DNA of 64,000 bases from Escherichia coli (GCF_030013205.1 NZ_CP122648.1), one strand, 5' to 3'; shown: positions 44,433 to 54,503, counted from the first letter of the stretch. Notes: a model not told the origin generated them from the letters alone. Numbers and translations are program-made.

Positions 44433-44469
44433 CACCTCATCCTGACAGGGCCCCCCTCAGGATGAGGTG
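44433..44469. terminator. 13-bp perfect-stem hairpin between convergent sapF and the MFS gene; T-rich on the sapF side
   Basis: CACCTCATCCTGA ... TCAGGATGAGGTG with an 11-nt loop; abuts the MFS stop (44474-44476). Confidence 0.6.
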
Positions 44470-44473
44470 TTCA

Positions 44474-45637
44474 TTACTTTTGATTGTCGATTCTGGTGAG
44501 AGCAACCAGCAATGCCAGCGTATAACACACCGTAATTGCCAGACTCATTTTTAACAGTGTTTCTCCGCCAATTCCCGACAATGGCGCGGCTATACCGCCG
44601 AAGACAAACATGCTCATCCCCATCAACGCAGACGCCGTTCCAGATTCCTGCGTCCCTACTGCACTCATAGCCTCTGCCCCGCCAACAGTGCCGATGCCGC
44701 TACAAAATGCGATGGTGAAAAATAATGCCACCAGTGCCGGAATGGGCAATTGTATCCATGCGCATAAGACCGTGAGCATTGCACACAAAATTGCCGCTAT
44801 CAGGCCACCTCGCAACAATGTCATCGCGTTAATCCGTCGCGCCAGGCGCGAGAAGATCCATGAAGCAATGATAAGTCCGATGCCGTTAAGGCCAAACACC
44901 AGGCTAAATTGCATTGGACTAAAGCCAAATTCCTTCTGCAACACGAACGACGAAGAGCCGATATATGCAAACAAACCGGCCAGCATAAAACTTTGAATCA
45001 GGCAAAAGCGCATAAAACGGCGGTTCTGCACCACGCTTCGTCCGGTTAATAGCAATGATGAGCCCCTTTTATTTTCTGGCAAGGTCTCATTAATAAATAA
45101 CAGGCAGCCCAGCAACAGTACGGTGCTAATTTCAGCCATTACCCAGAATAAAGTGCGCCAGTCAAAAGTGCTGACAATGTACCCGCCCAGCACTGGCGAC
45201 AACACCGGTGCCAGGCCATTCACCGTCATTAACAGCGCAAAAAACTGGGTCAACGTTACTCCCTGATATTTGTCACGAGCAATAGAACGAGAGAGCACCG
45301 AACCACCCGCCCCCGCGATCCCTTGAATAAAACGCCAGACCACCAGCCAGTAAATATTGTTCGTTGTCGCGCACAAAATGGAAGAAACAATAAACAATAG
45401 CAACGACAAGATTAACGGACGTTTACGCCCTATTTTGTCGCTCAGAGGGCCAAATAACAGTTGTCCGACGCCAAGACCGATCAGTGATGCAGTCAGCGTT
45501 AATTGCGTTATGGTCGTGGTTGCCGCCAGTTGCTCAGACATCTCCGGCAAAGCCGGCAAATAAAGATCGGTACACATCGGGCCGATACCGGCTAAAAGAC
45601 CAAGAATCAATGCCCATGAAAGAGAGACTCTAGCCAT
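44474..45637 (-). CDS. MFS (DHA1, Bcr/CflA-like) efflux transporter; last gene of the efflux cluster
   Basis: 387-aa polytopic membrane ORF with MFS signature GPLSDKIGRKRP after the first helices; starts 8 nt after the OMF stop. Confidence 0.8.
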   Translation of the reverse strand: MARVSLSWALILGLLAGIGPMCTDLYLPALPEMSEQLAATTTITQLTLTASLIGLGVGQLLFGPLSDKIGRKRPLILSLLLFIVSSILCATTNNIYWLVVWRFIQGIAGAGGSVLSRSIARDKYQGVTLTQFFALLMTVNGLAPVLSPVLGGYIVSTFDWRTLFWVMAEISTVLLLGCLLFINETLPENKRGSSLLLTGRSVVQNRRFMRFCLIQSFMLAGLFAYIGSSSFVLQKEFGFSPMQFSLVFGLNGIGLIIASWIFSRLARRINAMTLLRGGLIAAILCAMLTVLCAWIQLPIPALVALFFTIAFCSGIGTVGGAEAMSAVGTQESGTASALMGMSMFVFGGIAAPLSGIGGETLLKMSLAITVCYTLALLVALTRIDNQK

Positions 45638-45645
45638 ATTATTCC

Positions 45646-47019
45646 TTACTTGAGTGATGACATGCCGCCGTCCAGCGACTGCCAGAGCGTGATTCGGTTT
45701 GTAAAATCAGTCAGTTGTAGTGCCAGCAGCGCCTGCTGTGCGCTCCACAAGCTGCGCTGCGCCGTCAACACGGTCAGGTAATCACCAACACCCGCCTGAT
45801 AGCGACGCAAGCCAACATCGACCGTTTGTTGCTCAGCTTTAACATACTGGCGCTGTGCATCCAGTTGCTCTTCAAGCGTGGTCCGCCGCGCCAGTGCGTT
45901 AGCGACATCTTTAAATGCGCTCTGAACGGTTTTTTCATAGGTGGCAATGAGTCCACGCTTTTGTGCTTCTGCGTAACGAAGCTGCGCCAGATTACTTCCG
46001 CCAGTGAACAGCGGTAATGTGACCGATGGCGTAAATGACCAGATCTGCATTCCGTGGCTGAACAACGACGACAATGCGTCACTGCCAACACCAGCGCTGG
46101 CAGTCAGCGAAATCGTCGGAAAAAAGTTAGCCCGCGCCGCGCCAATATCGGCATTGGCGCTCTTCAAATTATGTTCCGCTTCCTGGATATCCGGGCGACG
46201 CAGCAGAACGTCAGATGACACTCCCGCAGGAACCAGACTTATCATTTGTTCCGGCAGGCTTTCCAGTGTTCCCGGTAGCAGATTTTCCGCAAGCGTTGTA
46301 CCTGCCAGTAAGTTCAGCGCATTTTTATCCTGCATCACTTGTGTCTGATAGCTGGCAACGCTGGCGCGCGCTTGCTGATAAACACTCATCGCCTCACTGA
46401 CATCTGTCGCTGCCGCCGTGCCAACCTGTTGCTGGCGCTGGATAATTTTCAATGAGTTTTCTGCACTGGCCATCGTTTCTTTTGCCAGGGCCAGGTTGCT
46501 GTTATCAGCCGCCAGTGTCAGCCAGGCGGTGCTGATTTCAGCAATCAGCGTTAAACGAGTGTTCTGGGCTGTAAATTCACTGGCAAGCCAGGTTTCCCGC
46601 GCCGCCCGAGATAAACTCTGATTACGACCAAACAGATCTAACGTAAAACTGGACACCGTGCCGTCAGCCTCGGCAGTGGTTTCCGTACCATTCGCCAGCG
46701 AACGACTGCGGGTTGAACTTAAGGCCGCATTCACCGTCGGGAATAACGACGCATTAGTTTGCCCATAGAGCGCCCGTGCTGAGTCAATATCAGCAATCGC
46801 TTTTTGCACATCGCGGTTACTGTTCAGTGCAATAGTCACCACCTGCTGCAATCGGGGATCGTGGATCACCTGCTGCCAGTCATGGCTGATTGCCTTTCCC
46901 TGGCCCTGTGCTCCCGGCAAGGTCGCCGGGATTGGGGATTCAGGCGTGCTGTAGTGGGGCTCGAGCGAGACACATCCCGCACTCAACAGCACCAGAAAAA
47001 TAAGAGAACGACGCAACAT
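45646..47019 (-). CDS. Outer-membrane efflux lipoprotein (OMF, NodT/OprM family)
   Basis: 457-aa ORF with lipoprotein signal peptide (LLSAGC) and the long coiled-coil-rich body typical of OMFs. Confidence 0.8.
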   Translation of the reverse strand: MLRRSLIFLVLLSAGCVSLEPHYSTPESPIPATLPGAQGQGKAISHDWQQVIHDPRLQQVVTIALNSNRDVQKAIADIDSARALYGQTNASLFPTVNAALSSTRSRSLANGTETTAEADGTVSSFTLDLFGRNQSLSRAARETWLASEFTAQNTRLTLIAEISTAWLTLAADNSNLALAKETMASAENSLKIIQRQQQVGTAAATDVSEAMSVYQQARASVASYQTQVMQDKNALNLLAGTTLAENLLPGTLESLPEQMISLVPAGVSSDVLLRRPDIQEAEHNLKSANADIGAARANFFPTISLTASAGVGSDALSSLFSHGMQIWSFTPSVTLPLFTGGSNLAQLRYAEAQKRGLIATYEKTVQSAFKDVANALARRTTLEEQLDAQRQYVKAEQQTVDVGLRRYQAGVGDYLTVLTAQRSLWSAQQALLALQLTDFTNRITLWQSLDGGMSSLK

Positions 47020-47022
47020 AAC

Positions 47023-50000
47023 TTACTCCTGACGGCGCGGTTTACCGGCAAACAAACGTTTCACCAGTACAAAAAACAGAGGAACAAAGAAAATAGCCAG
47101 CAACGTAGCGGTCAGCGTACCGCCAATAATGCCCGTACTAATGGCGATGCGGCTGTTCGCCCCTGCGCCGGTTGCTATCGCCAGCGGCATTACCCCCGCA
47201 ATAAACGCCAGCGAGGTCATGATGATTGGGCGTAAACGAGTCTGCGCCGCGCGTAATGCCGCACGACTCAAGGAATAGCCCTCTGCAACCGCCGCTTCAG
47301 CAAATTCCACAATCAGAATGGCGTTTTTCGACGACAAGCCGATAGTGGTTAATAGCGCCACCTGGAAGTAAACATCGTTGTTTAAATCACGCATCCAGGC
47401 CGCCAGCGCCGCGCCAAGAAGCCCCAGAGGGATCACCAGAATGACCGAGAACGGGACTGACCAGCTTTCGTACAGTGCTGCAAGGCAGAGGAAAACCACC
47501 AGAATAGAAACTGCATACAGACTCAATGCCTGACCGCTGGCCAGTTTCTCCTGCAATGACAAACCACTCCAGGCCCAGGTTGTTCCCGCAGGAAGACTGT
47601 TTGCCAGTTCCTCCATTTTTGTCATTGCATCGCCGGAACTAAAGCCAGTCGCATTTTCCCCCTGAATTTCATAGGCTGCCGAGCCGTTGTAGCGCACCAG
47701 TCTTTCCGGTCCATACAGCCAGCGGGTGGTCGCAAAAGCAGAGAATGGTGTCATGGCGTTATCGCTGCCGCGCACAAACCATTTACCTAAGTCTGACGGC
47801 GCGGAACGAAATTCGCTGTCGCCCTGAATGTAGACTTTTTTCACACGACCACGGTCAATAAAGTCATTCACATAAGTACCGCCCCACGCACTGGACAGGG
47901 TGTCGGTGACATCATTCAAACTCAACCCTAATGACACCACTTTATTGCTATCAATATCTACCTGCAATTGCGGCATTTGTGGCAAATCATTGGCGCGTAC
48001 AGAATGTAACTCCGGACTTTGATTCGCTTTTTCTATCAACTGATTACGCATTTGCAGCAGTGTTTCACGATCGGTTCCACCGTTAGCTAACAATTCAAAC
48101 GTAAAACCATTGCTTTGCCCCAGCCCATCAACGGCTGGCGGCGTCATCGCAAATACCGTGGCATCACGAATTGTGCCCAGCTCTTTGGTTGCCCGTAGGG
48201 CGATAGCCTGGGCGGTGTTTTCTGCCCCTTTACGTTGAGACCAGTTTTTCAACGAAACAAACGCCATCCCGGTGTTCTGTCCGCTGCCGCTAAAACTGAA
48301 ACCATCAACGGTAAAGATGACATCGGTATTTGCTTTCTCGTTAATCAGGAACCAGTCAACAATCTGGCGATTCACTTCTGCTGTACGGGCAGCGGTCGCC
48401 CCGGCCGGCAGCGTGTACTGCACCATGATTTCGCCCTGGTCTTCAGTGGGTAAGAAACTGCCCGGCAGTTTCCACATCATCAGGGCCATTCCACCACCCA
48501 GTACGACATAAAGCCCCATCGTTCGAGCAGCACGGCGCAGGACATAAATTACGCCTCGCTGATATTTATCTTCAGTACGGCGGTAAAAGCGGTTAAATGC
48601 GCCAAAAAAGCCTTTTTTATGTGGCGGAACATGCTGGAGGACGGAACCGCACAGGGCGGGAGTCAAGGTCAATGCCACTACCACGGAAAGCAGCATTGCG
48701 GAGATAATGGTTATCGAAAACTGACGATAAATTACCCCCGTAGATCCCCCAAAGAAGGCCATAGGCAGGAATACGGCTGACAACACCAGCGCAATGGCAA
48801 CCAGTGCGCCAGAAATCTCGCCCATTGATTTTTCCGTGGCTTCACGCGCGGGCAACCCTTCGTCACGCATAATGCGTTCGACGTTCTCCACCACCACAAT
48901 GGCATCGTCCACCAGCAAGCCGATCGCCAGCACCATTGCAAACAACGTCAGGGTATTAATCGAATAGCCAAACAACGCAAGAACGCCGAATGTGCCCAGC
49001 AAAACGACGGGGACAGCTAACGCCGGAATCAGTGTGGCACGCAGGTTTTGCAGGAATAAATACATCACGCAAACCACCAATACGATGGCTTCAAACAGCG
49101 TCTGAATTACGTCCTCTACAGAGATTTTAATAAATTCAGTGCTGTCTTTCGGGTATGCGATGTCGTATCCCTGCGGCATGTTCCGCTGGAATTCGGCAAT
49201 CTTATCCTTGACCAGCGTCGCCGTATTCAGCGCATTCGCACCGGGCGAAAGCATTACAGCAACCCCGGCAGACGGGTGACCGTTAAGTTTGCCGATAGCG
49301 GTATAATCTTCACTGCCCATCTCAACGCGAGCCACATCTTTTATACGAACAACTGCGCCGTCTGACTGGCTTTTCACGATAATATTTTTGAACTGATCCA
49401 CCGTCTGCAAGCGAGACTGCGCACGTACCGTTGCGGTCAGTTGCTGAGTATTCGGTGAAGGCAATGCCCCTATTTTCCCGGCAGTAACCTGCACGTTTTG
49501 CGCTTCAATAGCACTTTGCACGTCTGAAGGCATTAGCGAGTAAGACGCCAGTTTGGCCGGGTCAAGCCAGATGCGCATAGCGTATTCCGCGCCAAAGACT
49601 TGCAGACTCCCCACACCTTCAACACGCGCCAGCGGGTCCTGAACGTTACTAACCAACCAGTCGGCGATATCCGAACTGGAGGCTTTGTCAGTGGTGTCAT
49701 ACACGGCAGCAATCAGCAAAAAGTTGCTTTGTGATTTCTCCACCGTAACACCCGTTTGCTGCACTTCGCTGGGTAGGCGCGACTCCGCCTGCTGAATTTT
49801 ATTCTGCACCTGAACCTGTGCAGTATCTGGATCGGTACCTTGTTCAAAGGTCACATTAATACTGACCGAACCATCAGAGCTGCTGGTTGAGCTGAAATAG
49901 AGTAAATTATCAAGCCCAGTGAGTTGTTGCTCGATAACCTGAGTCACGCTGTTCTCCAGCGTTTCGGCAGAAGCACCAGTATAAGTGGCTGAAATTTTAA

Positions 50001-50130
50001 TGGTCGGTGGCGCAACGTCAGGATATTGTGCGACGGGCAATGTGCGAATAGCCAGAATCCCCGCCAACATAATCAAAATGGCGATAACCCAGGCAAAGAC
50101 CGGGCGGCGAACAAAAAAGCGCGAAAACAT
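47023..50130 (-). CDS. RND (HAE1, AcrB/MexB-like) inner-membrane efflux pump
   Basis: 1035-aa ORF with strong recalled similarity to AcrB blocks (MFSRFF..RPVFAWVIAI..., VQVQNK..., GLLVDDAIVVVENVER, NDVYFQVALLTTIGLS). Start overlaps the MFP stop (TGATG). Confidence 0.85.
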   Translation of the reverse strand: MFSRFFVRRPVFAWVIAILIMLAGILAIRTLPVAQYPDVAPPTIKISATYTGASAETLENSVTQVIEQQLTGLDNLLYFSSTSSSDGSVSINVTFEQGTDPDTAQVQVQNKIQQAESRLPSEVQQTGVTVEKSQSNFLLIAAVYDTTDKASSSDIADWLVSNVQDPLARVEGVGSLQVFGAEYAMRIWLDPAKLASYSLMPSDVQSAIEAQNVQVTAGKIGALPSPNTQQLTATVRAQSRLQTVDQFKNIIVKSQSDGAVVRIKDVARVEMGSEDYTAIGKLNGHPSAGVAVMLSPGANALNTATLVKDKIAEFQRNMPQGYDIAYPKDSTEFIKISVEDVIQTLFEAIVLVVCVMYLFLQNLRATLIPALAVPVVLLGTFGVLALFGYSINTLTLFAMVLAIGLLVDDAIVVVENVERIMRDEGLPAREATEKSMGEISGALVAIALVLSAVFLPMAFFGGSTGVIYRQFSITIISAMLLSVVVALTLTPALCGSVLQHVPPHKKGFFGAFNRFYRRTEDKYQRGVIYVLRRAARTMGLYVVLGGGMALMMWKLPGSFLPTEDQGEIMVQYTLPAGATAARTAEVNRQIVDWFLINEKANTDVIFTVDGFSFSGSGQNTGMAFVSLKNWSQRKGAENTAQAIALRATKELGTIRDATVFAMTPPAVDGLGQSNGFTFELLANGGTDRETLLQMRNQLIEKANQSPELHSVRANDLPQMPQLQVDIDSNKVVSLGLSLNDVTDTLSSAWGGTYVNDFIDRGRVKKVYIQGDSEFRSAPSDLGKWFVRGSDNAMTPFSAFATTRWLYGPERLVRYNGSAAYEIQGENATGFSSGDAMTKMEELANSLPAGTTWAWSGLSLQEKLASGQALSLYAVSILVVFLCLAALYESWSVPFSVILVIPLGLLGAALAAWMRDLNNDVYFQVALLTTIGLSSKNAILIVEFAEAAVAEGYSLSRAALRAAQTRLRPIIMTSLAFIAGVMPLAIATGAGANSRIAISTGIIGGTLTATLLAIFFVPLFFVLVKRLFAGKPRRQE

Positions 50131-51251
50131 CAGGCGTTGCCTCCATTAGCCTGAACTTCAACAGCCTTGACGGTCTGCCCTGAAGTGACTTTGGCAGAAC
50201 CTTCAACAATCAGTCGGTCGCCGTTGTGCAGGCCGTTCAGCACCAGCCATTTATCACCATACGTTTCTCCCGTTTCGAGCGTTCGCTGCTCTACTTTATT
50301 GTCTTTATTCACCACCAGCGCAGTTGCATTGCCTTTAGCATCGCGCGTGACGCCCTGTTGCGGCGCGAGAATAGCGTCTTCCATCACGCCTTCATCGACA
50401 CGAGCGCGAACAAACATTCCCGGTAATAACTGCTGTTGTGGATTGGGGAAAATCGCCCGTAATGTCACCGAACCGGTAGACTCATCTACAGCGACTTCGG
50501 TGAGTTCCAGACGCCCTTTTTCGCTGTAGGTTGTGCCATCTTCCAGAATAAGTGAGACGCTCATGGTGTCACTGTTGGTCGCCAGTGACTGTTTACGCAG
50601 ACGTAATAAATCGACACTGGAGCGAGTGAGGTCGACATACATTGTCTCCAGACCACGAATAGTCGTTAACGCTGTATCTTGCGACGCGGTCACCAGTGCG
50701 CCAGGGGTTACCGACGAAATGCCAATTCGCCCTGAAATCGGTGCGGTTACCGTGGTCCAGTCAAGATTAATGCGCGCAGTTTCCAGCGCGGCTTTTTTCG
50801 CCTCTACACTGGCTTTATCTTGTGCACAGGTAGACTGAGCATCATCAGCATCCTGTTGTGAAACACCGTTCTCTTTCACCAGTCGGGCATAACGCTGCGC
50901 TTTCTGGCAATCGGCTTTTACCAGTGCCTGTGCTTGTTGTAATGCTGCCCGAGCTTCATTCCATGCAGCCTGATAACTGGCCGCATCAATCTGGTAGAGA
51001 GGCTGTCCAGCCTTGACCAGATCCCCTTCCTTAAATAAGCGTTTCTGGATAATTCCCCCAACCTGCGGACGTACTTCAGCACTGAGCGCAGCACTGGTGC
51101 GTCCGGTTAATTCACTGACTACCGAGACCGGTTGAGATTTGACTGTAACAACGCCGACTTCTGTTTCTGACGGGGATGAATTGTTACTTTGCGTATTATC
51201 ACAACCAGATAAGAGCAGCATTGCCACTACAGATGTTGCTATATACTTCAT
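50130..51251 (-). CDS. Periplasmic membrane-fusion lipoprotein (AcrA/MexA family)
   Basis: ORF 50130-51284; start placed at MKYIATSVVAMLLLSGC (lipobox, GGAG 8 nt upstream). Confidence 0.8.
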   Translation of the reverse strand: MKYIATSVVAMLLLSGCDNTQSNNSSPSETEVGVVTVKSQPVSVVSELTGRTSAALSAEVRPQVGGIIQKRLFKEGDLVKAGQPLYQIDAASYQAAWNEARAALQQAQALVKADCQKAQRYARLVKENGVSQQDADDAQSTCAQDKASVEAKKAALETARINLDWTTVTAPISGRIGISSVTPGALVTASQDTALTTIRGLETMYVDLTRSSVDLLRLRKQSLATNSDTMSVSLILEDGTTYSEKGRLELTEVAVDESTGSVTLRAIFPNPQQQLLPGMFVRARVDEGVMEDAILAPQQGVTRDAKGNATALVVNKDNKVEQRTLETGETYGDKWLVLNGLHNGDRLIVEGSAKVTSGQTVKAVEVQANGGNA

Positions 51252-51278
51252 TATTTTCTCCAGGGTGAGAAATACCCT

Positions 51279-51298
51279 CCTCATTAAAATTAATGAGG
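51279..51298. promoter_or_regulatory. Perfect inverted repeat CCTCATTAA-aa-TTAATGAGG 28-47 nt upstream of the MFP start; candidate operator
   Basis: Read from sequence; 9-bp arms, 2-bp spacer. Confidence 0.35.
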
Positions 51299-51335
51299 AT
51301 ATGTCAGGGATATTCAGTTATAACGAACCCGCATC

Positions 51336-51351
51336 GCGAAATGAATTTCGC
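51336..51351. promoter_or_regulatory. Perfect inverted repeat GCGAAAT-ga-ATTTCGC between tetR and the MFP gene; candidate operator
   Basis: Read from sequence; 7-bp arms, 2-bp spacer. Confidence 0.35.
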
Positions 51352-51361
51352 AATGAAATAA

Positions 51362-51379
51362 GGGGGATTAATATCCCCC
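51362..51379 (-). terminator. GC hairpin (GGGGGA-TATTAA-TCCCCC) followed by a U-rich tract on the minus strand, 20 nt after the tetR stop
   Basis: Minus strand reads hairpin then TTATTTCATT; candidate terminator or attenuator between regulator and pump genes. Confidence 0.4.
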
Positions 51380-51399
51380 GCTATTGGTTAATTCTGTTC

Positions 51400-51966
51400 T
51401 TATTTATTTATCAACATACTAACAATATCCTGATATATTTCCTGCAGATGTTGTGGATCGCTTTTTTGCGGTGTTAAACGACGATAAACCGTACCTTCCA
51501 TCATGGTAGCAAACACTTCAACGCAGCAACGAATGTGCTCGTCGCTAAGATGGGGATGCATTCTTTTCATATGTGCACAACCGTTAGCGAACATTCTGGC
51601 GTCAGCTTCTTCAAGCATTGCCATAACCCGCGGGTTGCGTGTGGCTTCTGCAGCCACTTCCAGCATCAGCGCGTCGTCGTCCTCATTTAAGGATTTACGC
51701 AAGGCAAGGACTTCCGGGAAGTGATCGGTACGCGCGTCAATGTCCATTTGGGCAATACGAAAGTCGATGATACGGCGAACCATCTCTTCAATAATGGCGT
51801 CTTTGTTGGCGAAGTAACGATATATCTGACCCACGCTAAGCTGAGCTTCGCTGGCAATTTGCGACATACTGGCGGCATGAAACCCGCAGCGACGAAAACA
51901 CCGACGGGCGGCGTTAATGATTTCATCCTGACGCTGTTTGTGGCGTATCTCCAGCTTGCTGGTCAT
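51400..51966 (-). CDS. TetR/AcrR-family transcriptional regulator, co-oriented with and upstream of the pump genes
   Basis: ORF 51400-52065; start placed at MTSKLEIRHK (AGGAGA 5 nt upstream) so the HTH (AARRCFRRCGFHAASMSQIASEAQLSVGQIYRYF) sits at the usual N-terminal position. The longer 221-codon version would read through the palindrome at 51992-52009. Confidence 0.75.
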   Translation of the reverse strand: MTSKLEIRHKQRQDEIINAARRCFRRCGFHAASMSQIASEAQLSVGQIYRYFANKDAIIEEMVRRIIDFRIAQMDIDARTDHFPEVLALRKSLNEDDDALMLEVAAEATRNPRVMAMLEEADARMFANGCAHMKRMHPHLSDEHIRCCVEVFATMMEGTVYRRLTPQKSDPQHLQEIYQDIVSMLINK

Positions 51967-51991
51967 TTCTGTCTCCTGGCCTATCACTTGG

Positions 51992-52009
51992 TGAGAATGA
52001 TCGTTCTCA
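51992..52009. promoter_or_regulatory. 18-bp imperfect palindrome TGAGAATGATCGTTCTCA 26 nt upstream of the proposed tetR start; candidate autoregulatory operator
   Basis: Two mismatches from perfect dyad symmetry. Confidence 0.35.
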
Positions 52010-52443
52010 TTTTTGCTGATTATACGTTTCTCCAAAGTAATGGAAAGTATTTTTATCTTATTCATGGTGCATATTCTGATAATGAAGAGATTGTGGAGAT
52101 TATGTGAAGATAGTTGACAATATTAAGTTGGGGTCAATTCATCAGAAAGGCTGCTACTTGTTGTCGCCAGTTCTGTTTTCATCATCAAACTTATCGGAGC
52201 TAATACGAATAGTTTCAGAGTCAGATTCTATAAGATATTCCCCCAACCTACCCCTTGCAGGCGTCAAGAGTAGATAACGCAAAATGCTCTGTACCGCAGC
52301 TTCTCTCCGGTACAGAAAGCGCAACTATAGCCACCCACAGCCAGGTTGATTATAATAACCGTTTATCTGTTCGTACTGTTTACTAAAACGACGAATCGCC
52401 TGATTTTCAGGCACAACAAGCATCAACAATAAGGATTAAAGCT

Positions 52444-53232
52444 ATGGGTTTTCTTTCCGGTAAGCGCATTCTGGTAACCGGTGTTGCCAGCAAACTGTCC
52501 ATCGCCTACGGTATCGCTCAGGCGATGCACCGCGAAGGAGCTGAACTGGCATTCACCTACCAGAACGACAAACTGAAAGGCCGCGTAGAAGAATTTGCAG
52601 CTCAATTGGGTTCTGACATCGTTCTGCAGTGCGATGTTGCCGAAGATGCCAGCATCGACACCATGTTCGCTGAACTGGCGAAAGTTTGGCCGAAATTTGA
52701 CGGTTTCGTACACTCTATTGGTTTTGCACCTGGCGATCAGCTGGATGGTGACTATGTTAACGCCGTTACCCGTGAAGGCTTCAAAATTGCTCACGACATC
52801 AGCTCCTACAGCTTCGTTGCAATGGCAAAAGCTTGCCGCTCCATGCTGAATCCGGGTTCTGCCCTGCTGACCCTTTCCTACCTTGGCGCTGAGCGCGCTA
52901 TCCCGAACTACAACGTTATGGGTCTGGCAAAAGCGTCTCTGGAAGCAAACGTGCGCTATATGGCGAACGCGATGGGTCCGGAAGGTGTGCGTGTTAACGC
53001 CATCTCTGCGGGTCCGATCCGTACTCTGGCGGCTTCCGGTATCAAAGACTTCCGCAAAATGCTGGCTCATTGCGAAGCCGTTACCCCGATTCGCCGTACC
53101 GTTACCATTGAAGATGTGGGTAACTCTGCGGCATTCCTGTGCTCCGATCTCTCTGCCGGTATCTCCGGTGAAGTGGTCCACGTTGACGGCGGTTTCAGTA
53201 TCGCTGCAATGAACGAACTCGAACTGAAATAA
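52444..53232 (+). CDS. fabI: Enoyl-ACP reductase (NADH)
   Basis: 262-aa ORF; recognised by sequence recall. Confidence 0.95.
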   Translation: MGFLSGKRILVTGVASKLSIAYGIAQAMHREGAELAFTYQNDKLKGRVEEFAAQLGSDIVLQCDVAEDASIDTMFAELAKVWPKFDGFVHSIGFAPGDQLDGDYVNAVTREGFKIAHDISSYSFVAMAKACRSMLNPGSALLTLSYLGAERAIPNYNVMGLAKASLEANVRYMANAMGPEGVRVNAISAGPIRTLAASGIKDFRKMLAHCEAVTPIRRTVTIEDVGNSAAFLCSDLSAGISGEVVHVDGGFSIAAMNELELK

Positions 53233-53375
53233 TCGTTCTGTTGGTCAAGACGGGCGGCGTTCTGCCGCCCGTTATCTCTGTTATACCTTTCTGATATTTG
53301 TTATCGCCGATCCGTCTTTCTCCCCTTTCCGCCTTGCGTCAGGATAACGATTTCCTTTACGACCAAGGAGCGCCC

Positions 53376-54503
53376 ATGGAACAACGCCACATCACCGGCA
53401 AAAGCCACTGGTATCATGAAACGCAATCCAGTACTGCGGAGAATGACGTTCTGCCTCTGGTCCCGGAAGCCGCAAAGGTTAGCGATCCCTTTCTGCTCGA
53501 CGTGATCCTTGATGAAAAAACGCTGGCCCCCTTCCTTTCATGGCTGGACCCTGCGCGCGTTCTTGCAGCGGAGTTATTCCCTGACCAGCTTACCGTGACC
53601 CGTTCACAGACCTTCACCGCTTATGAACGCTTGTCGACGGCCCTGACGGTTGCTCAGGTTTGCGGCGTCCAACGGTTATGTAACTACTATTCGGCGCGAC
53701 TTACGCCGCTCCCCGGGCCTGATTCCTCCAGGGAAAGTAATCATCGGTTGGCACAAATCACGCAATATGCCCGCCAACTGGCTAGCTCGCCTTCTATTAT
53801 CGACAACCGATCGCGCCAGCATCTGAATGACGTCGGTCTTACTGTCTGGGACTGTGTGATCATTAATCAAATCATTGGTTTTATTGGCTTTCAGGCGCGG
53901 ACCATTGCGACATTTCAGGCTTATCTCGGGCATCCGGTACGCTGGTTACCCGGTCTGGAGATACAAAACTATGCCGACGCGTCACTGTTTGCTGATGAAT
54001 CAATACGCTGGCGAAGCAGCTATGATGTGGAAAAACTACCTGAAGAGTACACAAAAAGTTCAACTACAGAACTTTGCCAACTGGCCGAAACACTCTCTCT
54101 CCACCCTATTTCACTTTCCCTTCTCGAAAAGTTGTTAAACAGCACACGGGTTAATACACAGCCGGATAATCAGCTTGCGGCGTTGATATGCGCGCGGATA
54201 AATGGCAGTCCTGCTTGTTTTGCCGCCTGTATGGATTCATCAAATGAATATAAAAAAATCAGCCCCCTTCTGCGCAAGGGCGAAAATGAAATTAACCAAT
54301 GGGCTGACCGTCATTCTGTTGAGCGCGCTACCGTTCAGGCGATACAATGGCTGACCCGAGCACCCGATCGCTTTAGCGCCGCCCAGTTCAGCCCTTTACT
54401 CGAACACGAAAAATCATCAACGCAGATTATTAATCTGCTGGTATGGAGCGGGCTGTGTGGCTGGATAAATCGCTTAAAAATCGCGTTGGGTGAGACATAT
54501 TAA
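53376..54503 (+). CDS. yciW: CMD-domain protein of unknown function
   Basis: ORF 53298-54503; start placed at MEQRHITG to give 375 aa. Confidence 0.75.
   Translation: MEQRHITGKSHWYHETQSSTAENDVLPLVPEAAKVSDPFLLDVILDEKTLAPFLSWLDPARVLAAELFPDQLTVTRSQTFTAYERLSTALTVAQVCGVQRLCNYYSARLTPLPGPDSSRESNHRLAQITQYARQLASSPSIIDNRSRQHLNDVGLTVWDCVIINQIIGFIGFQARTIATFQAYLGHPVRWLPGLEIQNYADASLFADESIRWRSSYDVEKLPEEYTKSSTTELCQLAETLSLHPISLSLLEKLLNSTRVNTQPDNQLAALICARINGSPACFAACMDSSNEYKKISPLLRKGENEINQWADRHSVERATVQAIQWLTRAPDRFSAAQFSPLLEHEKSSTQIINLLVWSGLCGWINRLKIALGETY

Noticed and set aside
44474-52065. Possibility that the efflux cluster is a recent foreign insertion carried by a mobile element
   Set aside because: No flanking direct repeats, integrase, IS or tRNA target were found at its boundaries, and codon usage looks similar to neighbouring genes; it is reported only as a strain-variable accessory cluster.
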